Assembly (NCBI GenBank): GCA_051362555.1
Contig: CM120641.1
Coordinates: forward strand, 8,122,001-8,186,000
Reading direction: 5' to 3'
Length of the DNA stretch: 64,000 nucleotides
Source of the DNA: Lingula anatina
Taxonomy: Eukaryota; Animalia; Brachiopoda
In this document: in pieces, positions 27,360 to 40,000 of the stretch
How positions within the stretch are numbered: the first letter of the stretch is position 1
Layout: each line of letters begins with the position of its first letter
Made by a program: the position numbers and the translations under genes
The notes under the pieces: generated by a model
Database searches by the model: none
What the model saw: the letters and a program-made list of their open reading frames with translations, nothing else
What the model was told of the DNA's origin: nothing

Positions 27360-27573
27360 CAGGGGAGGGGTTTCTCTCTAAATTGCTTTCAGCTTAAGTG
27401 GCTTAGATGTCTGGCACACCTACTGATGCTGCTAAATGATAATTAATTACCCCCTAGCAGCTTTAGTAGGTGTGACAGACATCCAAGCCGCTTAAATTGA
27501 TTGCAATTTAGCGAGAATCCCCTATGAAATAGATCGGTCCACAGTTAGTTTGATAGGGTCTGGGAATGGTCCC
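27360..27573. mobile_element. Palindromic MITE-like element, degenerate relative of the copy at 35129-35353
   Basis: Long internal inverted repeat (ggggtttctctctaaattgc...gcaatttagcgagaatcccc) and right end tctgggaatggtccc followed by TTA. Shares ttaattaccccct..cagcttt.agtagg with the 35.2 kb copy. Confidence 0.65.
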
Positions 27574-30500
27574 TTAGTTATCTGTGCCCAGATATTTATC
27601 ATCATGATGTTAGAAAATAAAAATTCATTTGCTGTAGTTTACTTACATCATGATCAAATTTTAGATCTTCTGAATTCTTACATTCACAATTTTAATTTAA
27701 TTTTTTCTCAGGTGTCTTACTATTTCCTAATAGAAAATATTAAATTTGTACAAAAACAAGTACCTCCTCCTGTCAGAAGAAGATTGTCTAGATATATATT
27801 TAAAAATCACACACCATCGGTATTCTTTAGCTAACTTGAGTCATACGTCATATTTACCAGTACCAGTTGGCAAAATCAATTACATGTCATCGGGCAAGTT
27901 AAAATCAAATTTATCCGGCTTGATAAGTTATCACTGACCTTGGGCCGGCTGGCTAATATTACTTTCTACCATTGTTATATACCAAAAGTTGTTATCACTA
28001 GACCACAAATTACATTTTAAAAAAAATTCAATCTTGCCAAGACAGATTTAAGAACTGTCTGGATTTGGATTTAAGTATTGCTTATAATGTGTACATGGCC
28101 AAGTATGTCTGTTTGTTCTGTTTGTGAGTTATTATCATGGCTTAAAAAAAGTTAATTTCCAGTCCACTAAGGGCACTACTTCACAGAGCTGTCACTTTAT
28201 CTACCATGCCATTTGCACTTTTAGATATAAAAATCTTAAATAAAAGACAATATAATCAGCAAATTTCTTTTTTTCAACCCTGTATACTACTTTATTATTA
28301 CCTCAGGCCTAAGTCTTGTCTCTATTTGCCAACGGGAGGGCTCTGGGTCCATAACTTCTCCGCTGCAAACAGAATAACAAATATCAATATCATTTTGGCA
28401 TTCTCCACCATCAACAGCCCTGAATGCAAAGAGAATTCATCCCACCAACCAAATATGGCTTTGTGGTACTGTGAGCATGGGTTAATAAACAAAAAGTTAC
28501 CTTTTATTAATATTTTACCATCCACTGGCAGATATTTTGATTATCTGCAGTGTGAGTCATACAATCAAAATTTGTGGAAATATTAAAATTTAGCTGACTT
28601 ATTCTAAGTACTTAATAAGTGATACTTTATTATATATAATATAGCAGACATTGGAAAGAGCATCAGATACCCATTTGTGTCATGGTCATGTCTTGGATAA
28701 AATAATTATCATTGGTCTGGTCATCAGTCTTAATACCCTAATGCTGCTTGGTGATACATATATTATAATATCAAGCTCTAACTGTTGATCTGACAGTACA
28801 TGAAGTTCTTGATTTCACATAACATCAACCTGCAGACCACTGAAATATATGGCTTAGCAAAAAACATGATGGTATATAAAACAACGTTGCTCCAAGTGCA
28901 TGCTCCCTCATTCATATTGAGCATTATGTAGACCTGATCAATGCTGTAGCAGTAAGGCCAAGACCAACTGCATATATATGCAGTTTTTAGAAATCTAAAT
29001 CACCTTCATGCTACAACACTAGCAAATTGGTTTTCCATTTTTCTTCTTGATACTTGATTCATTCCTCCTTTACCTTCAAGGGCACCTTCTAACTTCAGTA
29101 CACACACAAATTCAGACATGTGCATATATATATATATAATGAATACTGTAGAAAAATCAGCAAGTACATTTTGATATATTCAACCTTTCTCGCTCGAAAG
29201 GGGTGTAATGAACAGTGTTTTCCAGACTAGTTATCGAATATGCCCTTACATGATTCAAACACTTATTCATAAGGGAAAGAATGACACGAGAAATGAAAAG
29301 GTGTGGTCAAACATAGAATCTGTAAGTTATCAGCCACATATTTCTTTTATAGTAGTACAGTGTACCTACATACATACATGCAACATGCACATCTCATATG
29401 AATAAGTCAAATGTTTTATAAATGTTAATGTTGTTTTGCTACATATTGCAAATTCATTAAAAGGAAAAAGTGGGAATAAATATACTAGTATTTCTCTGTC
29501 ACCACTTTCATCCTGATTATAAAATATTATTACTAAAACAATTACAACTTTTGTTAGAGTACCTCTTTCTTATAATATCCATTGACTTAAATTTATATTC
29601 TTTACTGCTCTGATCAAATTTTCTGATGTAATTTGATTGAAAAAATCACATTTACCTCATGATGTACATCAAGAAATTACTGCTCACACTTCCAAGCTGC
29701 ACCATTTTTAATTTTCTATTTAGTTTTAAATTAGAGCAATGCTATTTTCCTAATATACTTTTTAAAAGATCATCTACAGATCACACTTAATGATACCTCC
29801 ACCCTACACTTGAGTAGGTTTGTCAGGTGATATTTATATATGCACTTGGACCAGCACCTAAACCAATATGCTTGGTTTACAAACAGAAATATTATATAGT
29901 CATATATACGGAAAAGTAAATTGTCATCATACTGAATTATTCAAAATAGTCTAAAATTGTGAGCCAATGACACTGCTGATAATATCATCACTCACAATAA
30001 ACTGTTTATATTCCTTATAGACCTATACCAAATAAAAATATGCATGACCGTATTATTCACAATAATCTTGCATCAAAGTACAAGGGAGACATAAAAAGGG
30101 GACTTTAAATAACAATGCTTTTCAAATCTTAAAAGGGACTTTTGGGCAGTCACCATGTATTTACAAATTCGCCACAGTCAAATTTATATCCTTCAAAGCT
30201 TCTTACATTTCCCAATTCAGACCTTAAAGACAATTAAGCCCATTAAATCATGTTAAATAAAATTTATCTTAGGCATACCTAGAGAGCATTCACAACCAGT
30301 TGATCCGCAGACTAACTAGTCAACTATGGTTCTCACAGGGCCGTGATACAAAATAATGAACTATTTCCTTGTGTGAAAATGAGGCCATTAAGGTGAAGGT
30401 CAGAAAGGCCATGTTTTTCTAATTGACTGGCCAGCCATTTAACACTAACTTATGAATAGAAAATGGAATAAAACATTTGAATCTAAATGCAGGAAAGGGT

Positions 30501-30934
30501 CAAGCAATGATTAGTGAAGAGAAAATTGTCGAATACTAGTACCCAAGGAGAATCCATTTTGACAGGCAAATCATATGAAAAGTTCTTTTCAATGACTGAC
30601 TTTCAATGAACAGCATCTTCAAATAAATCAATTAAATAGTAAGTTCACAGCTAAAAAGAGGTAATACAAGTTAAAGCTTGGTAAGGTGAAATAGATAAGT
30701 GAGACAGTCAGAGCTATAACATACTTTGAATTTTCTACTAATCTTGTCAACATTTTCTGTAACAATTAAAATATTTATTGAAAGGCTAAAATAATAAGAT
30801 GCTATTGACAAAAGTGTGGTATGCTTAGCTACATGCAAATGAAACTGTCATTGATATTGGCTAAATGATAAGCATGTTATGGTTTTTTTTTTTCTGCCTG
30901 AAACAAAAACTCCCATGTTCACACAAGGCAAGCA

Positions 30935-31440
30935 ACTTCCATTGTACACAATTAATGCACAGTTTATATCCTGGCAATGAAACACCTTGTGTCACTTGAT
31001 CAACTTCCCGCATTCAGAGGTCTGTTTATGTCAGTCTTCAATCAGATGTAAAATACCACAGTGGCATAACTGGTATCTTAGCAGAAGAATCTTACCTTAT
31101 TCACAGAATGGCAAAGATGGTTGGGTTTTCAAAAGTGTGACATAAGATTTGAGAGTCTCCACATTGCAGTGGATCTGCTAGTTGATCACCATTTTACAGT
31201 TATGTTCATATATTTTTCCTGCCTTAACACAAATAGCACATTTCAGAACATGTAAACAGCAGTGTCTATTTTCATGTGGGCCATTTTTGTGGTGTGGTTA
31301 AACATACCTAAACAAAACCACAATCAGATAGTACATAGTGAAGACTGCCATAAACACCTCTGAATGCGTGAAGCTGGTCATGTGACACAAGGTGTTTGAT
31401 TGCCAGAAAACTCCTGTGCATAATTGTGTACAATGGAAGT
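30935..31440. repeat. ~105-bp imperfect inverted repeat pair with a ~300-bp spacer (foldback/MITE-like)
   Basis: 30935-31040 (acttccattgtacacaatt...cagtcttca) is the reverse complement of 31339-31440 with scattered mismatches. Confidence 0.85.
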
Positions 31441-31874
31441 GATAACAGCGTACAGGTCCGTGACTTATTAAAAACTATACAAATATGTGCAATTACAAGT
31501 CTGGGCTTTTCACTGTTTGCAGTCTCGTATTCAGAATCATAAAGCCAACGACCAATGTGTTTAATTTAGTATTAATAGAGGATCAACTTGTTTACAAGAG
31601 TCATCCCAACAAATTACCAATAAATGACAAAATCATCTTTAAGTATCGGCAAACACATAATAATTTGTGAATAAAAAGGCAAACAAAAGCTAACATAATT
31701 TTTAAGTCTATTAAAATATCTACAGGAGTTGCAGGCAACTCGATAATAACAAACTCCGCCATATAAAACAGCAGGTGCCCCTCCGTGAAAGCAGCCACAA
31801 CATTCCTATCATGGAAGCGAGGTTTATCAAACTTCTCCCAGTGATGGAGGATATTTTTCAAATAAAAACCTTAC

Positions 31875-32330
31875 CTGTTTAAAAAGGAGATGTGTCTCCA
31901 ACGCAGAAAATCAGACAATCTTTCCCTGCTTCATTGTCGATTTGTCGAAATTTTTGTAAGACTACCCTGCACATGGGAGTGGAATATCACTCTTATTGGT
32001 TAAAATTGGCACTCCCTTGCATGACTACCCAATAGTTCAGATATGCATTTTCTAGGCAAGTGTGTACCAAACAAAGACTTCTAATTGATTTTAAATCTAT
32101 CCGTGCACCAAAAGCTCTAGAACATTTCGCAAGATAACATACTTAATACCCTATTCAACAGAATTTGTTGCTTTGATTTTTAGAAACTTAAAATGGCAAT
32201 TTTGCAGTCTTAAAGGTCATGACAAATGGTACGGCCTTTAAATCCCAGGTCACGTGACCCTTAATCGCGGCACCGTGTGGGTCACGTTACCAAAAAGAAC
32301 ATAAAATCAACTGCCACTAAAAATATAAAG
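31875..32330. promoter_or_regulatory. Putative bidirectional promoter between the Arkadia-like and POGZ-like first exons
   Basis: Outward-facing strong donors (minus CAG|GTAAGG at 31875; plus AAG|GTAAGT at 32330), local CpG enrichment, palindromic E-box GGTCACGTGACC at 32248-32259, and GACTACCC at 31960 and 32023. Confidence 0.6.
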
Positions 32331-33088
32331 GTAAGTTTTTTCATTGTATGATTTTAAGTTCAGTTAAAAGGAACAATAATACTCGATATCTAAGATAATT
32401 CTTGACTGCAATTGCCTGAATGGATGAAAAGAAAATGTCTTGCCAGAAATGTCGGCCATGACGGATGCTTTCGGCCATACTTGCGATTATTTGAGCCACT
32501 TTGCAAGCACTATGTACTCAATAAATGGTGTGTCCCCGTATGTTCTCGGTATAACTGGAAACAAGTAATCAAACTGTCCAGGATTGAGCTTCTGGATTGC
32601 TGATGCCTCGGATAAAAATGTAGTTTACCATGTCGGGATGTGTTCCTGTTTTTTTAAGAACTGATACAACACCAGTATGGTGTAAACTACACAAGATACC
32701 CAGATAAACAAAAGATGGGAGGTGTATTCTTCACCTACCTTCTAAAAAACCCATTCCAATAGGTTAAAAATGAGAAACTTAGATTAGTGCTTGTGGGCAC
32801 ACATATGAAGGCTTTGAGTTTTCATACACTCAAAATAAATAAAATATTTACTAAATTTATTTACAGTACAATACTGTATAATTACAATATAGTATAGTAC
32901 TATAAATGCAAGAGAATTTTCCTTAATTTTGATAGCCAGAAGAAAGGGCATATTAATGAAAAAATTGTGATTGGTTAGTTTCTAGTTACGTAATATGAAG
33001 ATATTTGCACCTTTTGACTGCCATGTTGTAATGATAACACATGGACAGTTGACCAAAAAGTGAGGTGACAGAACAAAATGTAGCAAAA

Positions 33089-33363
33089 TTGTTTCACAGT
33101 GTGGCATCCAAGTGCCATAATAAAATAAAAAATGATAAATGAAAAGCCTTCACTTATTTTACCATACCTATGGAGACTGCGAAACATCAGATTTGGAGCA
33201 ACTCTTCAGAATTAAAAATCCCAAGTGTACTGAAAAAGAATGAAATATGAATCTGTCGCAACCATTGCAAGCCTGAATTTTTTGTGTATGATCTGTAATC
33301 CAATTGTGTGGTTGAAAAACAACAAGGAAACTCGGAGATTATGCTGTTCCGAGTGTGTTTGAC
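33089..33363 (+). pseudogene. Decayed THAP zinc-finger domain
   Basis: Translates HSVASKCHNKIKNDK*KAFTYFTIPMETAKHQIW...KNEI*ICRNHCKPEFFVYDL*, then after a frameshift RKLGDYAVPSVFD. THAP C, P, W, CxxH and the AVP box are in the right order, with 3 stops and 1 frameshift. Confidence 0.65.
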
Positions 33364-33772
33364 CTTGGAGTATAAAAATATGACAGTTAATGCCAGAGCA
33401 CCACCAATGAAAGTCCTGACAGGAAGAAGTCTGCATGAAGTGAACACCAAGAGAAAGAAAACACTAAACTTAAGAGGTCAAAAACAGTTCATACCAGATG
33501 TAAGTTGATTATGTTCTTGAATTATAAGATGTATTTATGAAAACTTGATTTATAGTTGTAACTGGATTGAAAATTTTGCTCTCCATTCTGTAATTTTTTA
33601 ATCAGTTATACAATTATACCACCCATCATTAATGTCTCTATCGATGTACATTAAGGCCTACCTATGAGATGGAAGAAAATATGTTGTTTGGACGTAACTG
33701 AATGTATATTTGTGTTTTTTTGTTATTTGCCTATAAGGCGAAGGAAAGTTCTACAGTTTTGAAAACTGCCAA

Positions 33773-33776
<4 letters not shown>

Positions 33777-33840
<64 letters not shown>
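33777..33840. repeat. (AT)n microsatellite
   Basis: Directly visible. Confidence 0.98.
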
Positions 33841-33842
<2 letters not shown>

Positions 33843-34744
33843 TTATTATCAACCTTCCTGTAAGGTCTAAGAAATCTACAAACAAGCATTTCTATAAGTT
33901 TCCAGGCCTGTGATATAACTTTTCAGTAACAACAGTGTTTTCACAGCAACTGACTCCATAAGGAGAACATGGTAATACATTGTCCATATTCACACCAGTT
34001 CAATTGGTCATCTGCCTTAGAATCTTTAATTTCCTCATGGAATTCACAAAAACATCATCCACATTGCCCTCTAGCTCAAACCTATATCCTTCAATAGCCT
34101 CTATTTCTCAAATTAATCACAGCACCACCATGTATGCATATCTCAAACTACATTTTTACCTCTATTTATTTATATAAAATCAATGAATAAAACAATAAAA
34201 TGTGAAACTTTTTTTTTTACATACAGACGCAGATGTGTATGTACATTTAGCCATCACCTGTGTCTGTCGTCATCTGCGATGGCGGCAGCACAGTCGCCGT
34301 GCACTTTCAGTATTAGACAAATAAGATGAAAAACACTTTACCTTTTGTATTCAAACTTACAGAACTGATGAATATTCATAAAATACAAGTCGAGTGCAAA
34401 AATCAACCTGATTGCAAATTTTTTTTAAGTTACGCTGTTTTTTTTCCAGCATATTATATCCACCATTAAACAAATAAAATGATAACCCTTATAAGAATGA
34501 TTGACATACAGCTCAAATTGGCAAACCAGATTGGTTGGATTTTTTTCTCGTTGTCTGTACATATGACAGCTTTGTTGCCTTGTTTTTAGAATATGGTTAT
34601 TAATGTTTTATTTGAAATAATTTGCAACACTTAATATACTAATAACAAGTGCTTTATTTTCAGATGTTACAAAGAAAAAAAGGTAGTGTTGAGTGGAAGG
34701 TAAAGAGGAGACTAGCAGTAAGAAAATACAGCTGTATTCAGTGA

Positions 34745-34925
34745 TAGACCCTCTTCAGTAAGACCAGAAATAGATGGTGATGGGCTCACTTCAGTGGGAC
34801 CAAAAATAAAGAAATGTTAATTAGGTCCATTTCTGTGGTTCCAGAAATGAACAGCAATAGACCAAGTCCAATGGAACCAGAAATAGTCATTTAAAGACCA
34901 ACTTCCATGGGACCAGAAATAATAT
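34745..34925 (+). repeat. Degenerate ~39-bp minisatellite (about 5 units, agaccaacttc.atgggaccagaaata)
   Basis: Recurring (g/t)(a/t)ccagaaat cores; decayed RPxSxGPEI-like peptide. Confidence 0.6.
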
Positions 34926-35128
34926 ATCATTATCCACAAAAATACTCCATAATAAAAGAATGAAAATGAAGATTCCAAATGAAAGGAGGCTCATTAAAGA
35001 AGGCTCTCTCATATTTCATTTCTGATCTGGGGATTTTGATAAAAAAATCATAATATTAATAACAACACAGCTTTTATAGGAGGGTAAATTACACATAATA
35101 TTGCAATGTAAATTTTAGTTCTATCTAA

Positions 35129-35353
35129 GGGTGCATTCCCAGAGATTTAGATCGATCCAGAGATTTAGATTTAGATTGACCTAACTCCCTGGGGGTTTGC
35201 ACTAAATTGCAGTCAGCCGAGCGCGCACCATAGTTAATTACCCCCTTACAGCTTTTAGTAGGCGGGACAGATGCTTAAGCTGGCTAAGCTGACAGTAATC
35301 TAGTGACACTCCCCACAGGGATAGATCGATCTAAAATCTTTGGGAATGGTGTC
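35129..35353. mobile_element. PIF/Harbinger (Tourist)-type MITE
   Basis: Flanked by TAA on both sides (35126-28, 35354-56); imperfect TIRs gggtgcattcccagagatttagatcgatc / gatcgatctaaaatctttgggaatggtgtc; internally palindromic. Confidence 0.7.
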
Positions 35354-36478
35354 TAAGGGGCCAGTCAGAATGAGTGAGATCGTACTATCTACGCACACTT
35401 ATTCGCTGTGCACTTTCAGTGATAACATGATGAGTGGAAAAACATTTTACTTTTTGTCTGCAAACTTTTCCAAAAGTTATGCCCTTTTTTCAGCATATTT
35501 TATCCACCATTTCACAGATAACATGAAAACTGTGTCATATTTTGCTTTAAAACTAGCAAGACTGATTTATAGGTCTTATAGATCATGTTGTAAAATTTAA
35601 ATTATCTTGATCGGTTTAGTTGTGATGAAGTTATGCCTCCTCATAATTGGACTAATTTAATATGTAAAAGTGTTCTTTTGACATTTTCTGCATCTAAACA
35701 ACATTGTTACTAATGTATTATGTTCATTATATAAAAATGATGGTAAATCTGTTACATGTATTGTGTAATAAAGTGTTTAAAATGGAAATAAACTCATATC
35801 ATTGCAGTTTGTCAGATTCAATCCTTCACTTTGTTCAGAATCTCAGAATGGAGCAAATTAGACATTTAAAGTTGTTCTAATGATATTTTTCCCATCTCAA
35901 CAACTTCATAGTTATATATATATATAAAGGATAGTTAACTGGTTATTTTGTATTCTGTAAATAAGTTTTGAAAGTGGAAAAAAACTCATTTCAGTATAGT
36001 TATCTCTTGTTTACATTTTGACATTTGAGGTTCCATGTGACTTTGAGGTTCCATGATTACCTGTTGTGCAAAATAAAAAGTTGGTGTTGACTTTGGTGTT
36101 AAGCATAGTGTATTATTGCATCATCATTGACAGTAGTCTAGTTTGTGCATCATTATTGTCTGCTTTTTGTATGTACATTTGACAGTTTTGCTGCCTTGCC
36201 TTACATACACCTATTTGCCAATTTCCAAAGTTTTGTTCTTTCAAATGATCCATAATATTTTATCTGTTTGTTCATTTGTCAGCTTTGCTGATTAATAAAA
36301 AAGAGTTTTAGTTATCATTACCCAGGTTTTCACAGAGAAAAAATTCATTTTATTAAAAGTATAAATGGTATAGCTTTACCAATAGCTCCTTTCCCTCTAA
36401 GGAATTGGAAATTACAAAAATTTCTAAATGGCAATAAAGAAGGACAAATAATGTTTATAGCATTTTTATAAAAATCTC

Positions 36479-36481
<3 letters not shown>

Positions 36482-36571
<90 letters not shown>
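36482..36571. repeat. (CT)n microsatellite
   Basis: Directly visible. Confidence 0.98.
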
Positions 36572-36575
<4 letters not shown>

Positions 36576-37089
36576 GCCCTTCAAAATTCTGAATAAAGAG
36601 AGAGTTAGAGATTAAAGTTTTAAATTAATTTAATTTGGTTTAAATAGAACAGGTATGAGTAGGACATGAAAGAAAATGTATAAGTTATGCTTGTTTTTGA
36701 AATATGGCTTGTATACTACTTCATGTCTTTGTTTAAAGATTGCTAATTAATTCTTTGAGTAGTACAGGCAAAATATTTTCAGAAAATAATCAATATAATG
36801 CAATTTTCATAAAGTTAAATGCTCTATAAAATCATTAATTCACAAGTTACATATATTTTACATTTTCTTACTCCTGAAATGTTTTATTTTTTGGAAAATA
36901 TTACATTATACTGATTTTATTTATATTAAAAATTCATGTTCAGGACATGAAAACCTCAGATGGTCCCAACATTTGTCACAATTCATGAGCAATATGGTCA
37001 TTAATTCAATTAAATTTCAGGAATATAAAACGGTATGTACACAATTTATTTTAAATATGCACCTTATCAAAATTCTTCTATGCATCTAG

Positions 37090-40000
37090 ATGTCTAATCA
37101 TCGAAAGCGTCGGGCAGCAGCGCTTGCCTCAGGCATAGACTTGCTGATGGAGTGTGTAGATGAGGAACTCACTCCTGCCCAGAAGAAAGCATGCAGACAG
37201 GCAGAAGAAGAGTATCAGAATGCCATGAAAGAAATCAAAGCAGCCCAGGCCAATCAGTCCATAGTCTCCGAGCTTCCAGCACCAGCCACTCTCAATGGAA
37301 CAGCGGGAAGTAAAAAATCAAATCAACAAAGTAGGTCAATACAGTTAAAAGTTGCTACTGAATTACATGAAAAATTAATACAGTTTAGCTGTATTCATGA
37401 TGTTGCGTCACCTGCTTTGAGACCTCAGTTCGGTTAATTACAGAAGACAAAATATAACAAGACTGAGAATAGTGCCACCTTTGTTCTCAGTAGACCAGCT
37501 TTTGTCAATTAGATTAAATTGTAAGTCCAGCAGTAGATTAATAAACTTAATTTATGTTAAACACCACTGGATGGCTAACTACTTAGTATTAGATAGCAAA
37601 AGTTTATTTTCCATGTTTTTCAGAGGCAGGAATCAATCTTAAATATGGCTTGTTCTATTCAGAACTTACATAGGATCCAACATTTGATCTTGATTTGTAT
37701 AGAAGAATTATATTTATATTTCCATCAAACATTAAATCTATTGGACATCAAAGCACTGATAATTTTAATTCAGTAATCATATTTTGATTTTTCAAAACTG
37801 TATTTTTCACTAAGATGTTCCCAGTGACCCAGATATCATTGTGTTGGATGATACCCCTCCAAGAAACCTGAGAACCAGATCCTCTAGCCAAACATCAGCC
37901 AAGCAAAATGCAGCAAAGCAAACAACAAAGTCCCCGGCAACTCCAGGGCAGCAGCCCCTACAATTAGCACAGTCAAATTTGAAGTCAATTCTTAATACTG
38001 CCAAAACTGTCCAGCCCATGATAATAAGAGGGAGCCCTGTAAATGCATCTCAGCCAGGGACGTATATTATATCCGGCGCCAACCTAAGTCAGCTGGGTGT
38101 GGCGCCAGGGCAAACAATTCAGCTGGTGTACAGTCAGGCTAGTGGAGGTTCACACGGAGCTGGGCAACCAATATATACTAAGGTAAGCTGGTGATATATT
38201 CAGATCATCGTCATGGCTTGAGTTTATTCTTGACTTTGATATGTGTCCATTAGGTTATTAGATAGCTGTAGGTGGTAACCAGATGTGAGTTTTTACATCA
38301 ATTCCAATGTGGTGATTTGGTGACCACCATTTTCTGTCTTAAGTTTATATATAAACCCTTGGGCCATTGAGCCTATCAGTCTCCTAATAAAAGCTCTGAG
38401 AAATGTGCTTTGCTCTGCCTGAGTGCTCTGAAAAATGCAGTGGCATTAGCATTATGGTGATTGAAATCCTGTCTATAAACATAAGGAGCCCTCTAATAGA
38501 CCTCTTGGACATTCTGGACTTCTCTGATTCTGTTGACCTTGACCCTCAACATTGATGTCAACCTGGGATAGAAAGAAAAGCGTTTATTTCTGCTGTGACG
38601 TGATGAGAAAATAGAAACACAAGGTAAAATATGGTAAGCACTTACTTTTTTTTTTTGTAACAATTTATGCATTCTGAAAAGTTGAAGGCACTTTGACTGT
38701 ATGTTATATGGGTGAAAATACAGTTTTGCTTTAGGAGGTTACTAAAGTTCATAATGTGCTCATATTTTAGTAAGAAGAACAGTCAACCACTGTGAAAAAT
38801 TGGAATTGTTGTGCAGCATTATCAGACTTTGTCATTGCTCATTATTTAGTAAATGTGCAGTACTATTACATCTAAAAGTTCACAAACTGAGGCTATATAG
38901 CCGCAAGTGTCATTTAATACATGCCTTCGGGTGTGCTTTGTTCTTGATTCATGTATAAAATCAAGAACTTCACAGTTAAATGAATATATGTTGTTCATTT
39001 TTGTGTGACTTTATATGTGACACATATGTATGCTCATACACACGCATGCATGTGGGCGCACACACAGACATGTACGTGTGCCTTGGACATTCTTACAATT
39101 ATTCTGTTGTTGTGCATTTCTTGATCTCATAGCCTGTCATCAGAGACCAAATAAGACAGTGACGGTTTGTCATTTCAAGCCATTTGGCTCATTTAACACA
39201 TCAGTTTTTAAAATCAAAATCTGCATCGTGGTATTTTATGTGTATCCTCTGTTTTGCCAAGTTGAGTGAAGGTACTGAAATTAGAGAATCAAAATTTGTT
39301 TTACTTTACATCAGTCATGTACACCCACTAAAAATTCACTGTTATCTATTGACATTGGTCCTGTATTAATCTTAAGAAGCATTTTTGTTTAAGACTCGCC
39401 AGTGCTGCTGTGTAGTGTATTGCAAGAGCATTGGTTTTGGTCCAACAGAGGATGGTAGAAAGATTACATATCACAAATTTCCAAAGGACAAAGCACTTCG
39501 CAAACAGTGGTTAGCCAATATTAAAAGAGAGGAGGGAGAATCATTCCAGGTGTGGTCCATTAACCCTGTGTTGTAACAGTGTGCGTCTCTTTATTAAAAT
39601 CACATTTTCTTTAATAACCTAATACTTAATACAACCGCTGCTACAAGGAAATTTATTGGATTTAGATAATCATACTGTAGTTATAAAGAGAGTTTGATTA
39701 AATATGACAAGAAAAGACATAGATTATGCTTTTGCTTGATTAAAAAAGTATTGGATGGTAACATGAACCATTGTACTTTTCCTAGATTTTAACAGAAATT
39801 GGTTATAAAACATGCCATTTTCAATATTGTTTAGATCAAAGCCTACACCAAGGTTTGCTCCTTGCACTTTAAAGAAGAGGACTTTGAGTATGTAGTATAT
39901 TGTGGAAGGCGCTACCTACTGCCTGGGTCAGTGCCAACTATCTTTGATTGCTGGAAGGACATTACACACTCTATACCACCTAGGAAACCCCGTACCAAAA

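Noticed and set aside
32412-32603. WCVPVCS resembling a THAP N-terminus
   Set aside because: No downstream FP/W/CxxH or AVP box found.
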